Positions 11,748-22,861 of a DNA stretch of 64,000 nucleotides are shown here, piece after piece. The notes beneath the pieces were generated by a model. The model saw nothing but the letters and a program-made list of their open reading frames with translations. It was not told where the DNA came from and did no database searches. The stretch is from positions 13,451 through 77,450 of the forward strand of contig MU053410.1 of assembly GCA_013239625.1 (NCBI GenBank). The letters run 5' to 3'. How positions within the stretch are numbered: the first letter of the stretch is position 1; the number at the start of each line of letters is the position of its first letter. The stretch comes from Lama guanicoe (Eukaryota). Both the position numbers and the translations under genes were made by a program.

Positions 11748-12369
11748 CCAGCTTGAGCAGGAATGTGCACAGGAACTCCCTTCACAAGATAATCTTGGGA
11801 GGCCTCAAGAAAGTGGTTTCCCAGTGTCCACAGCCATCTAGGCATTGCCAGCAGTCCTAGTCTCTGGCCATCTCTCTAGTTGGAGCTCTACCACTGAGGT
11901 ACCACTACGCCTAGCTATGTGCCCACCACCAGCATCGATCCCTAAGAGCTCAGCTGTCTCTGGAAGGGGGAAGACAAACATTCCCTCCCTTGGTGGTAAA
12001 CTCAGTTATAGGGGTCTCAGGCTGGGTTGCTTAGGCCCTGGATGTCAGTGAATTACTGAGATGACATGTGGTTACCCACACTCTCCACTAGGTCAGGGGA
12101 GCTCAGGCAGTTCAGCTGCAGCAGTAGCCATCCACTGGCCCTAAACTCCTATTCTCTGCCCAACCACAGCAGACTTGGGCTGGCTGTGCCCCAGGGGCCT
12201 GGCCTTCATATACCCTGTTCCTGAAGTTAGGTGATTCTCTGCCCATCTTGTATGCTCTGACCTCTAACCAAGGGATCCCACTATATATCTTATCTGCACA
12301 ACACACTGACCAAATTTCAGCTCCAGCCCAATCAGTTTCCCCATGGCCTGAAACCAACTTAGTGCTTAG

Positions 12370-12500
12370 TAGTATTATCCTGCTTTAGTTTTTGTTTTGT
12401 TTTTTTTTTAAGATAAACTGAAGCCTAGTAGGTTTTAAGTAGCTTTTCTCAGAGGTGACGTAGGTAGGAAGTAGTAGAACAAGAATTCAAAACTTGATCT
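12370..12500. mobile_element. MIR remnant (repeated in B and C)
   Basis: GATAAACTGAAGCCTAG…TTAAGTAGCTT…AGGTGACGTAG…GAAGTAGTAGAACAAGAATTCAAA. Confidence 0.55.
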
Positions 12501-12884
12501 CTCTTGAGAGAACTTGAACATCTTTGTCCTTCTCACTCCTGCATGTTGTACCCAGATGCCTGTTACCCCGTCTGAGTTCCTCTCATCACCTGGGGAAGGC
12601 TTACTCTAACCTGTCCCAAGAGCATACCCCAGATACCCACTACTGAACAGAGAGACTAAGGTAGGGGTGGAGGGAAAGGGCTAAGCAGGGGACAGAAGGA
12701 GCCAGTTAGCCTGGGAGTGGGGCCTGGCCTGTCACTGAAGTCACTGGCAGGGAGAGGGACTTGAAAGATCTGTGTTCAGGGGCTCCCTGCCCTCCCAAAC
12801 GGTGTGCTGGCATGGGCTGCTAGTGCTCATTGCCAAAGTCAAACACAGACAAGCTACGGAGGTAAGAAGAAACTAACAGAAATC

Positions 12885-13900
12885 ATAGGCTTCCAGTTTC
12901 TAGTCTAGAGTGTGAGGAACTTGGAATTCATCCCTCCCATCCTCAAAACAAGAAAAAATGAACAGACTGAAAAGAAACAACTCTTTCTAGACCCATCAGA
13001 GAACTGAGGTCACAGGGCAAACCACTGTCCTGAGAATTGGAGAAGGAGGCAGATGCTTTATACGGTACGATCAGAGAAGGCCAGGCCCAGTGTGGGCAGG
13101 GACTAGAACCAACACTGTGACATGCAGGCCCCAGGTCCAGCTTTCTCCATGGGATGAGCACTCCAGATGAGGGAAGCACTAGCCTCTCTCCTGCTGGTCA
13201 GGGCTGGCACAAGCTGTGATCACAGCTGTAATGCTCAGCAGATCCATGGCTGAGTCAATGGGCAGCACTTACCAGCTTTGACAGCTGTGAGCCTCGGCTG
13301 TGGTCAGTGCCCATGAAGTCTTGAGGAAGGCCAGCCTTCCTCCTGCAGGGAGGCAATCTTGAACAAGTAAACCTCGCCCTCTAGCTACTTCAAGAATCAA
13401 AACCCAGCCATGGCAATCTCAGGTACATAACTATGAGAAATGAAAACATATTTCCCCACAAAAACTTGTATACAAATGTTCACAGCAGAATCACATGATC
13501 TAATGCATAATTGTGAGAAAAGTGGAAAATAAAGTATATTTTCATTTTTGTATCTGAAACATTGGAAATATCATTTAAGAAACTAAGTAGTTATCTAATA
13601 ATGGCAGGGGGAATTAAGATGTCACGAGGGTGGATGTGAAACTTCTCAATGTACAGTATTTTGTTATTTTAACTTTAAACTGTGAATGTGTTCTAAATTT
13701 GAAACAAAGTTTTAGAAATCATAGGAATTATAGTTCCCAACTAGACATGAAATATTGTAAACATGAACAGTGTTTTTAAAATATATATAACTATTCAAAA
13801 TCTGAGTTGGAAATAACAGTGGTAGAAGAGAATCTGTTAATGTCAAACTTTCAAAATGAAATCAATAGATAATGTCTAAATTTGAAGCACAGTGTTTAGA
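12885..13900 (+). mobile_element. Cluster of old L1M fragments (5'-region-like 12885-13045; 3'-region-like 13400-13900)
   Basis: GACCCATCAGAGAACTGAGGTCACAGGGCAAACC and GAGAAATGAAAACATA…CACAAAAACTTGTATACAAATGTTCACAGCAG. Confidence 0.55.
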
Positions 13901-14117
13901 AAACACAAAATGTCTTGAATTTATTTCACAACCTGTTAATGCATTTCATAATTTTATTTATTTATTTGTTTGTTTATCATTAACTCTTTGTACCTTATAG
14001 AGATCTTTTACGCAACAATATTTCCCATGACAAAGATACATTTATTTGAAATATGGTGATTCCTCCAGTTTTGTTTTAGTTTTTTTCTTCTATGAAGTTC
14101 AAGTAAAATTACAATGA

Positions 14118-15063
14118 NNNNNNNNNNNNNNNNNNNNNNNNNNNNNNNNNNNNNNNNNNNNNNNNNNNNNNNNNNNNNNNNNNNNNNNNNNNNNNNNNNN
14201 NNNNNNNNNNNNNNNNNNNNNNNNNNNNNNNNNNNNNNNNNNNNNNNNNNNNNNNNNNNNNNNNNNNNNNNNNNNNNNNNNNNNNNNNNNNNNNNNNNNN
14301 NNNNNNNNNNNNNNNNNNNNNNNNNNNNNNNNNNNNNNNNNNNNNNNNNNNNNNNNNNNNNNNNNNNNNNNNNNNNNNNNNNNNNNNNNNNNNNNNNNNN
14401 NNNNNNNNNNNNNNNNNNNNNNNNNNNNNNNNNNNNNNNNNNNNNNNNNNNNNNNNNNNNNNNNNNNNNNNNNNNNNNNNNNNNNNNNNNNNNNNNNNNN
14501 NNNNNNNNNNNNNNNNNNNNNNNNNNNNNNNNNNNNNNNNNNNNNNNNNNNNNNNNNNNNNNNNNNNNNNNNNNNNNNNNNNNNNNNNNNNNNNNNNNNN
14601 NNNNNNNNNNNNNNNNNNNNNNNNNNNNNNNNNNNNNNNNNNNNNNNNNNNNNNNNNNNNNNNNNNNNNNNNNNNNNNNNNNNNNNNNNNNNNNNNNNNN
14701 NNNNNNNNNNNNNNNNNNNNNNNNNNNNNNNNNNNNNNNNNNNNNNNNNNNNNNNNNNNNNNNNNNNNNNNNNNNNNNNNNNNNNNNNNNNNNNNNNNNN
14801 NNNNNNNNNNNNNNNNNNNNNNNNNNNNNNNNNNNNNNNNNNNNNNNNNNNNNNNNNNNNNNNNNNNNNNNNNNNNNNNNNNNNNNNNNNNNNNNNNNNN
14901 NNNNNNNNNNNNNNNNNNNNNNNNNNNNNNNNNNNNNNNNNNNNNNNNNNNNNNNNNNNNNNNNNNNNNNNNNNNNNNNNNNNNNNNNNNNNNNNNNNNN
15001 NNNNNNNNNNNNNNNNNNNNNNNNNNNNNNNNNNNNNNNNNNNNNNNNNNNNNNNNNNNNNNN
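14118..15063. other. Assembly gap (946 N) flanked by a 24-bp duplication
   Basis: GAAGTTCAAGTAAAATTACAATGA at 14094 and 15064; contiguous and single in B and C. Confidence 1.
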
Positions 15064-15179
15064 GAAGTTCAAGTAAAATTACAATGATCATTTTTGGTTT
15101 AAAAAAGAAACTTGTATACAAATGTTCACACCAGAATTAATCCTAATAGACAAAAAGGCTACAAATCTGTGGGGCCACC

Positions 15180-16075
15180 AGACCCGCCCCCGAGGTCCCG
15201 AAAGCCAATCCGCGCGCACGCTTCCCGGCCCCGCCCCGGCGTCCTCCTCCGCCCCGCCCCTCCCTCCGTCCACCAGAAGGTCAGTTTGTCAGGCAGGCAG
15301 GGGGCGTCCTGTCCGAGCAGCTGGAGGTTCTGCGTTTCTCCCGAGCGGCTCTGGCCTTGCTCCCTCCGGCCAGCGGCGGCGGCTGCAGCGGCGGCAGCGC
15401 AGTCCCTCCGGGAGGCGCGGTGTGGGCCGAGCGGCTGCCGCGGAGCTTCGTGTCCAGCGCCGCGGCCGCGGCGGCGGCGGCGGCGCGGCCCCGAGATGGT
15501 CCGCGGCAGGTATTCGACGTGGGTGGCGCTCCAGCAACCTGCTAAAACGGCGAGGGCTCCCCCGACGTGATGCGGTGAGTGTCCGCGCGGCCCCTCGCCC
15601 GGCCTTGGCATACGCAGCTGCGGCGCCTGCCGCACGACCCGCGACCCAAACCGAGAGCGCGGCCCCGACCCCCGCAGGGCTGCCCCGCCGTCCGCGCGCC
15701 GGGGGTCTCGGGCCTGGGCCGGGCGGTTCGCGCTGGGGCGTTGCTCGCTGCGCTTCCCGGGCCGGCCCTCACTGGGCGCGGGGAGCCGGGAAGGGGCCCG
15801 TGTAGGGGGTGGAGGCCGGGACCCGGGCCTTCAGGGACCCCCAGGACGGTAACGGGGCCCCCACCCCCGGGTGCTCCCCTCGCGGCCTTCCCTTGACGTC
15901 GGACTGTGAAGCCGCGAAGTCCTTCAGGTGCTCGCGGCGGCGGCCGTGGTCTGGAAAGCGGTCGGCAGCGGCGTGTGTGCACAGCCCCGAAATCATCTTG
16001 TTTGCCCCCTCGCCTGCGTTTTCCGCGGCCGGCTTTGCTTCCGTGGTGCCAGGGCTGCTCTCCTGCGCAGGCTTT
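15180..16075 (+). promoter_or_regulatory. CpG island 2: TATA-less promoter and first exon (to 15574) of an unidentified gene, copy A
   Basis: CCAAT box near 15205, GC boxes at 15183-15260, (GCG)n tract, donor GCG|GTGAGT at 15574/15575. Confidence 0.75.
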
Positions 16076-16076
16076 A

Positions 16077-17090
16077 ATTTTTTTCAGTTTTTTTCCTGTT
16101 TTTCAAATTTGATTTGAAATTTGATTTCTGTTCATCTATATTCACGTTTACTGACTCTTATGTCACCTCAAATCTTTTAGGCCTAGCCAGTGATTTTTTT
16201 AAGATATTGTACATTTTAGTTCTAAAATTTCCATTTAATTCTCGAAGTTTCTATTTTTCTAAAATGTCCTGTTTTTCTAAATTTTGTATTTTTCTGAGTT
16301 CAGTTTGAACATACGTTCTCTATGGCCTTGACCTTAAGTGTGGCTAACGGCTGTAAGATCCTGTCTGCTGCTCTAAGTCTGAGTCATCTTGGCCTGTCTT
16401 TATTGATTACCTTTCCTCTCGAGTATGGTAACACTTTCCTGTTTTATATCGAGTAACGTGGGGTTGTGTCCTGGGTGTTGTGAATGGTTCATTGTAGGAT
16501 CTCGGCATCCTCTTATTCTTTGAGGAGTGTTGATATTTTTGTTTCTTGTAGCAGTCAGTTAAGTTAGCTGGGCTCAGGCTCTCAGTCCTGTCTTCTTGCA
16601 GTGGGCAGTGGCTGAAATCTCTGTTCTGTTCATTTGGGCCTAGACGGGCACTTGGATTCTTCTTTGAATGTGCATTTCTGAGTCAGTCACAGGTTAGGAT
16701 AGAATTTATATGAAGAGTTCAGAGCTTTCTCTGTGACTCCTTCCTTTCTGGGGTTTTCTTCCTCATTGTTAGCTCATCTGTTTGCCACTGCTCTGTCTTC
16801 TGATTTGCAGCCAGAAAGGCCGCAGCTTTGTTTTTTGTTTGTTTGTTTGTTTGTTTTTTCGGATTTTTAGTTAGCCCCCTGAGGTGTGCCTCAGACAAAA
16901 AGCCATTAAAGAAAACAAGTGGGGACACACGCACCCAGTGTCTTTCTCATCTTCTTGGTATTGATTTTCCTCCAGTTTCTGCCTGCTTTGTGTGCATTCC
17001 AGTGCCGTCAGATCATTTTTTAAAATGTTTCATCTACTGTTCATAATTGTTATCTGTAGGAGAATTTTATATCCGTGGAAGCAGAACTCT
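16077..17090 (-). mobile_element. Old L1M fragment, antisense (copy B about 34633-36420 is longer)
   Basis: T-rich L1-like phrases, e.g. TTTTAGTTCTAAAATTTCCATTT, CTGAGTCATCTTGG, and in B GAGAAGTCAGC and TCTGAAAATGTTTTTATTTTGCCTT. Confidence 0.6.
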
Positions 17091-17744
17091 GTTCAGTTTT
17101 TTTAAGGCATCTTTAAAACTGTTTCTGTATTATTAACATTGATTGTTACTGATGGATAACAGTATTAGAGTCAGCAATAAACACAGATCAGTTTACGATT
17201 AAATTTGTTTGCAGTTTGTCCTGTTTCTTTGTCCTCTAAAGAACCTGTGTCTTTTGTAAGCGTGCTTAATGACATAAATATAAATGTAGAGGGAGCAGCG
17301 CTCAGTGATGGTTCCTGCCAGAAGAGCTGTATCATGTTACTCAAGTGCCGGCGTTCGTATATTCTTGTGGTTGAGGGTTTCGTGGACACCGAAGCTCAGA
17401 CAGGTGACTGGGACAGCAGCACTCTGAATTCCACCGTCAGCCTTATCTAGAAAGTGGCATCAGTGTTGAATTTAACAGTTAATTGTAGTATATGTAGGCT
17501 TTTCTGAACCATTCACAGTGCTTATCGGTCAAGTGGTTTGATTTAGATGTAGTTTTTGATCATGTTGACTTAACTTTGAGCTGCCTTATTTTTAACCAAG
17601 GAGAGGTTAATCCTTGTCCTCAAGAAAGGCGTAATCTAAGGTAGACCCTTCTGGGTTCACAGGTTGTCACCATGTAAAAAGTCTTACCACAGCATTGCCA
17701 AGATGTTAATGAAAGAAACATGCATAATTTATTAAAAAAAAAAC

Positions 17745-19490
17745 CCTTGTTGTCCATTTCATTGGTACAGTTGTTCATAGTAGCCTCTTATGATCCTTTG
17801 TATTTCTGTGGTGTCAGTTGTAACATCTGCTTTTTCACTTTTGATTTTATAGATTTGAGCCCTCTCCCTTTTTTCTTGATGAGTCTGGCTAAAGGTTTAT
17901 CAGTTTTGTTTGTCTTTTCAAAGAACCAGCTTTTAGTTTCATTCATCTTTTCTTTCTTTTTTTTTTATCCGCGTTCTGTAGCCACTTGTTATTACCAGTC
18001 TCGGGGTGTTTTATGACACCAGCGATGGGGGTTTCCAGAGGAACATCACCGTCAAGCTTTGCCAGGCAGATCAGGAGGTACGTACTGCTTTGTATACACT
18101 TTTCCCCATTTTTCTTGTTCAAAGCTGTCAGCTTTTCCTCATGGCAGTTGTTAGGTTGGGAGACTTGCACCTTTCTTCCTTGTCGATGAGACACATGATG
18201 GTGTGATGTGTTACAGCACTGGTTTGGGGAGAGGGTACCAATGAGTAAATGTTGTTATATCTAGGGAAGGAGGAGTTGGACAATCCCTTGAAGTCTAAAG
18301 AGTTTCACAAGTTGATAATAAATATTAAAAGTTTTGTACTTGTAGGTATGATCAAATATTACTGCCTCTTTCTTCCAACCTGAAAAATATGTCAGCGTAA
18401 CACAGACTAACAGCTGCTTCAAACCTTTTTTGTAATAAGGGTGTAGAGGGAATAAAAATTTAGAACAACTGGGGTTACTGTTGCTGATATTTGGGGAAAC
18501 ATGATTGTTCCCAGAGACTTGTGTTTCCTTACTGATTTTCTGTCTGGGTGACCTATTGGTGTGAGTTTGGTGTTAAAGTCCCCCCTATATATTGTGTTAC
18601 TGTCAACTTCTCCCTTTATGTCTGTTAACATTTGCCTTTTGTATTGAGGTGCACCTATGTTGGGTGCATGTATATTAACAATTGTTACACCTTTTTCTTG
18701 GATTGACCCCTTGATCATTATGTGGTGTCCTTCTTTGTCTCTTATAACAGTCTTTAAAGTCTGTTTGGCCTGATGTAAATATTGCTATTCCAGCTTTCTT
18801 TTGGTTTCCATTTGCATGAAATACCTTTTTCCTCCCTCTCACTTTCAGTCTGTATGACTCTAGCCCTGAAGTGAGTCTCTTATTGACAGCATATATACAG
18901 GTCTTGTTTTTGTATCCATTCAGCCAGTCTGTATCTTTTGGTTGGAGCATTTAGTCTGTTTATGTTGAAGGTAATTATTGATACGTGTATTCTTACTGCC
19001 ATTTTGTTAATTTGTTTTGAATTTGTTTTTTAGGTCTTTTTTTCATCTTTTGCTCTCTTTTGTGATTTGATGACTATCTTTAGTGTACATTTGGATTCTC
19101 TCTTCTATGTGTGTATCTGTTATGTATTTTTGGTTTGCGGTTCGCATGAGGTCTTGGTATAGCAGTCTATGTATAGACACATGATTGCTGTAAGTTGCTG
19201 CCCTCTTAATTTCAAATGCACTTTAAATGCCCTGCATTTGTACTTTCCTCGCCTCGTGATTACTGTTTTTGATATCATATTTTACATTTAATTATTTGTG
19301 TATCCCTTTAACTGCTTACTGTGGATATAGAAGATTTTACTACTTTTGTCTTTTAACCTTTTTAGTTTGTGTGTGCATCATTTCCTATGTTTTTTGTATG
19401 TCTGCCTTTACCAGTGAGCTTTTCCATTTCATAGTTTTCTTGTTTCTAGTTGTGGCCTTTTTTTGCCTATAGAAGTTTCTTTAGCATTTG
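17745..19490 (-). mobile_element. LINE-1 fragment (inter-ORF region and ORF2 endonuclease), antisense, copy A; interrupted at 17967-18517
   Basis: Minus-strand LKVRGRKKVFHANGNQKKAGIAI and MIKGSIQE…NIHAPNIGAP…GDFNT are L1 endonuclease motifs. Confidence 0.9.
17967..18077 (+). pseudogene. B3GALNT2: B3GALNT2 exon fragment with in-frame stop; intron-like sequence follows to 18517
   Basis: Translates [36 protein letters not shown] then GTACGT donor. Matches recalled human B3GALNT2 [37 protein letters not shown]. Confidence 0.8.
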
Positions 19491-20860
19491 TCAGGGCTAG
19501 GTGCAGGTTTAGGGTTAGGTTGAGGGTTAGGGCTAGGTGCTGGGTTAGGGCTAGGTTCAGAGTGAGGACTCGGTGCAGGTGTAGTACTATTTGCAGGGTT
19601 TCGGCTATGTTCAAGGTCAGGGCTTAGTGCAGGGTGGGGGCTAGGTTCAGGGTTAGGGCTAGGTGCAGGGTGAGGGCTAGGTTCAGGGTTACGGCTTGTT
19701 TCAGTGTTCGTGCTAGTTTGAGGTTTGCTTAGAGCTAGTTTGAGGGTTAGAACCAGGTTCAAGTTTAGGGGTAGGTTCAGGTATAGGGCTATGTATAGGG
19801 TTAGGGCTAGGGGCAGGGGCAGGGCTAGGTGCAGGTTTAGGGCTTTGTGATGTCTTAGGGCTTGTTTCATTTCAGGTTTAGTACGAGTTGCAGGGTTAGG
19901 GCTATGTTCAAGGTTACGGCCCAGTGCAGGGGTAGGGCTAGGAGCAGGGTTAGGGCTAGGATTAAAATTAGATACAGTTCAGGGTGAGGGCTAGGAGCAG
20001 ATTTAAGTCTAGATTATGGGTTAGGGCTAGTTTCAGGGATAGGTTTATGTTCAGTTTTAGGGCCATGTTCAGGTTCAGGGCAAGGTGCAGACTGATGGCT
20101 ACGTCCAGGGTTAGGTCTAGTTGCAGGGTAAGTGCTGAGTTCAGGGGTAGGTTTAAGTGCAGTGTTAGGGCTAGGTTTAGGGTTAGGGCTAGGTGTAGGG
20201 TTATGGCTAGTTGTATGGTTAGGTCTAGATTCTTTGTTAGGGCTAGGTGCAGGTTTAGGGCTAGTTTCAAGGTGAGGGCTATGTCCAGGGTTAGGGCTGG
20301 TTTCAGGTTTAGGTCTAGATTCAGGGTTGGATCTAGTTTCAGGGTTAGGGTTAGGTTTGGGTGAGGGCTCGGTTCAGGGTTACGGCTACTTTCCGGGTAA
20401 CGGCGAGGTTCAGGGCTAGGCCTCTGTTTGGGTTAGGGCTAGGTTCATGTTTAGGGCTAGGTGCACGGTTACGGCTAGGTTCAGGGTTACGGCTAGGTTG
20501 AGGGTAGGGCTAGGAGCAGGGGTATTGCTATGGGAAGGTTTAGGGCTATGTTCAGGGTTAGGGCTAGGTTCACTGTCAGGGCTAAGTGCAAGGTTAGGGC
20601 TAAGTGCAAGGTTAGGATTAGGTGCACTGTTACGGCTAGATGCAGGGTGAGGGATAGGTGCAGGTTAGGGCTAGGTTAAGGATTAGGGCTAGGTGCAGTG
20701 TTAGGTCTATGTTATACAATGGGGCTAGGTTCAGCCTTAAGGCTAGGTTCACTGTTAGTTCTAGGTACAGGGTTAGGGCTATATTTAGTTTTAAGGCTAG
20801 GTTCGAAATTAGGGCTATATTCAGGTTTACATCAACGTTCAGTGTTAGGCCTAGGTGCAT
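19491..20860 (+). repeat. Degenerate telomere-like satellite, 18-bp unit approximating GGGTTA GGGCTA GGT(T/G)CA
   Basis: About 1.37 kb of hexamer variants of TTAGGG with three-hexamer periodicity; minus-strand translation repeats LALTLN/LALTLH. Confidence 0.9.
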
Positions 20861-20869
20861 TGTTACCCA

Positions 20870-21650
20870 CTCGGTGTCTGGGTGGGTGGCATTGGGGGTG
20901 GGAACTCTGCTGGCCAGTCCTGGGCCATGGGGGTGGACAAGCCCTACCGCCTCACGGCCCGGCCTCGCATAGCGGGGCTCGGCCCCTCTCGGAGGCACTG
21001 GCCTTGTCTCGTAGTGCGGGAGCCCCAGCCCGAGCGTTCCCGCTACCGGTGGGAGGGGCGGGGGGGGGGCAAGTGCAGGAGCGCGCACGCACGCGCGAAG
21101 GCGCAGGAGCCCGCCCAGAGTGTGCGGGAGCTGGACCAGAGCCGGGTAGAGCTGGACCAGAGCCGGGTGCTCCTGGACCAGCTCCCCGAGGAGGAACACG
21201 GCCCGGGGCCCGGGCCGCCTCGTGCCTTCACCTCTGCTGCTGCTGTCACCTGGCAGGTAAGGGGGCGCTGGTGGGGGCGCGCAGGTTGGGGAGCCGGTGG
21301 GTTGCGGCCTGGGCTGCGCGGGGGAGGCGCACAAGGAGGGCTGTGGAGGTGAGGCCTGGGCCGCGCGGCCCATTAGGCCCCTGAGGTGGGTCCGGGGCCG
21401 CCGCCCTGGTTCGTGGTACATCGCCCCCGCCATTAGTAGTCACTGGACCCCGGTGTCTTCATCGCTGCTCACACGTGGGTTTGGGAAAGCGGGAGCAGTC
21501 TCGGGAGGTGGGAGGGCGCCGGACTGGCCTTGGAGCACCTCCGACTGGCCCTCAGGCCATGGCCTTCCTGCTTAGGTGGGCCTGCCTGGCGACTGCAGGC
21601 CGCCCTGGACCCTCCAGGATGGAATAACGGCGAGGCCAGGGCTTTTGGGA
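20870..21650 (+). promoter_or_regulatory. CpG island 1 at the A/B junction
   Basis: CpG-rich, GC box GGGGCGGGG near 21055, donor at 21256/21257. Confidence 0.7.
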
Positions 21651-22583
21651 ACATGTCGGTCTGCCCCCGAGATCAAAATGTTTTGTCAAGTTTAGGTTTA
21701 GTTAGTCTTTGGAAGAATCTCCAAACTGTTTTTCACAGCGGCTACGCCAAACTGCATTGCCATCAACAGTGTAGGAGGGCCCCCTTCTCTCCACAGCCTC
21801 TCCAGCATTTCTTCTTTGTGAACTTTTGTTGAATGATGAACTTTCTGACTGTGTGTGTGAGGTGATACCTCCTAGTTTTGATTTGCATTTCTCTGATAAG
21901 GAGAGATATTGAGCATTGTTTTCGTGTGCCTGTTGGCCATTTGTTTGTCTTCACTGGAGAAATGCGTGTTCAGGTCTTCTGCCCGTGTTTGGATTGGGGT
22001 GTTTGTGTTTTGGTTATTAAGTTGTATGCGGTGATTATGTAGCCTAGAAATTAAGCCTTTGTCAGTCGAATCGTTTGCAAATATTTTCTCCCATTCAGTA
22101 GGTTGTCTTTTTGTTTTGCTTATGGTTCCCTTTGCGGTGCGGAAGCTTGTGAGCCCAGCTAGGTCCCATGTGTGTGTTTGCTTGTGCTTTTCTTTCTGGT
22201 GCTGGGGTAGACTGCCCTAGGAGCACATTGCTGAGATGTATGTGAGATAATGTGTTGCCTATGGTTTCTTCTAAGAGGTTTATAGATTCTGGTCTTCTGT
22301 TTAAGTCTTTAAGCTATTTTGAGTTTATTTCTGTGTATGGTGTTAGGCAGTCATCTGACTTCATTGACAATTCATGGGTGTGATGGAGAAGCCATATGTT
22401 GCCGTTGTAAGTAGAGTATCAATTAGCCTCAAGAAAGAAGGGCTCCTGACCATTAGAAATGGGGAGACAAAAGCCGCCTGGCATCCTGGTGGGTAGAGGG
22501 GTGGGCAGTTAGATGAGGATGCAGGGAAAGAGAGCTGGCTCACATTCAGACATGATGGTGACCACGCACCCTTCCTCCTGCAG

Positions 22584-22861
22584 AAAATCTCACGTCCTGG
22601 AGAACTACCGGGTTTTGTTAGGAAACACCCAGCTGTACCAGCACACCAGGCACACCCAGAAGTTACCTGTGAGCCAGATTATCGTGTACCCAGACTTTGA
22701 TAAATTTCACCCTTTTGGGAATGACATAGCCATGTTGCAGCTGCTCTTTCCTGTGAACGTCACCTCCCACATCATCCCCTCCTGCCTCCCAGCTCCTGGC
22801 ATGCAGCTGCCCAGTAACTCGTCCTGCTGGATAACGGGCTGGGGCATGCTCAGTGAGGAAA
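22584..22861 (+). CDS. PRSS47: PRSS47-like Asp exon, copy B
   Basis: As 1494-1771. Confidence 0.8.

Larger units (their letters stand above)
1..21090 (+). repeat. Tandem segmental-duplication unit A (gapped; about 19.3 kb after correcting the gaps)
   Basis: Sequence at 1 recurs at 21091 and 40417. The ORF track repeats at offset 21090 (e.g. 1423/22513). Confidence 0.95.

Noticed and set aside
10699..12306. 559-bp tandem duplication in unit A
   Set aside because: Flanks an N gap and is single in B and C; most likely an unmerged contig overlap.
9197..15121. Long ORFs of 130-350 aa in the track
   Set aside because: Composed of X residues from N gaps.
15112..16117. Arg/Ala/Pro-rich ORFs over CpG island 2, and ENOSF1 identity from the MVRGR start
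   Set aside because: GC-rich stop-codon depletion explains the ORFs; similarity to ENOSF1 ends after five residues.
17205..17450. 81-aa ORF in non-repeat DNA as a coding exon
   Set aside because: No recognisable protein similarity and weak splice signals.
19491..20860. True telomere, head-to-head fusion site or CRISPR-like array
   Set aside because: Highly degenerate, one orientation only (no CCCTAA arm), internal, and without unique spacers.
19429..21433. Periodic ORFs (LALTLN…, RARFRV…, PEPSPHPAPS…) as proteins
   Set aside because: Translation by-products of the hexamer/18-mer satellite and GC-rich island.
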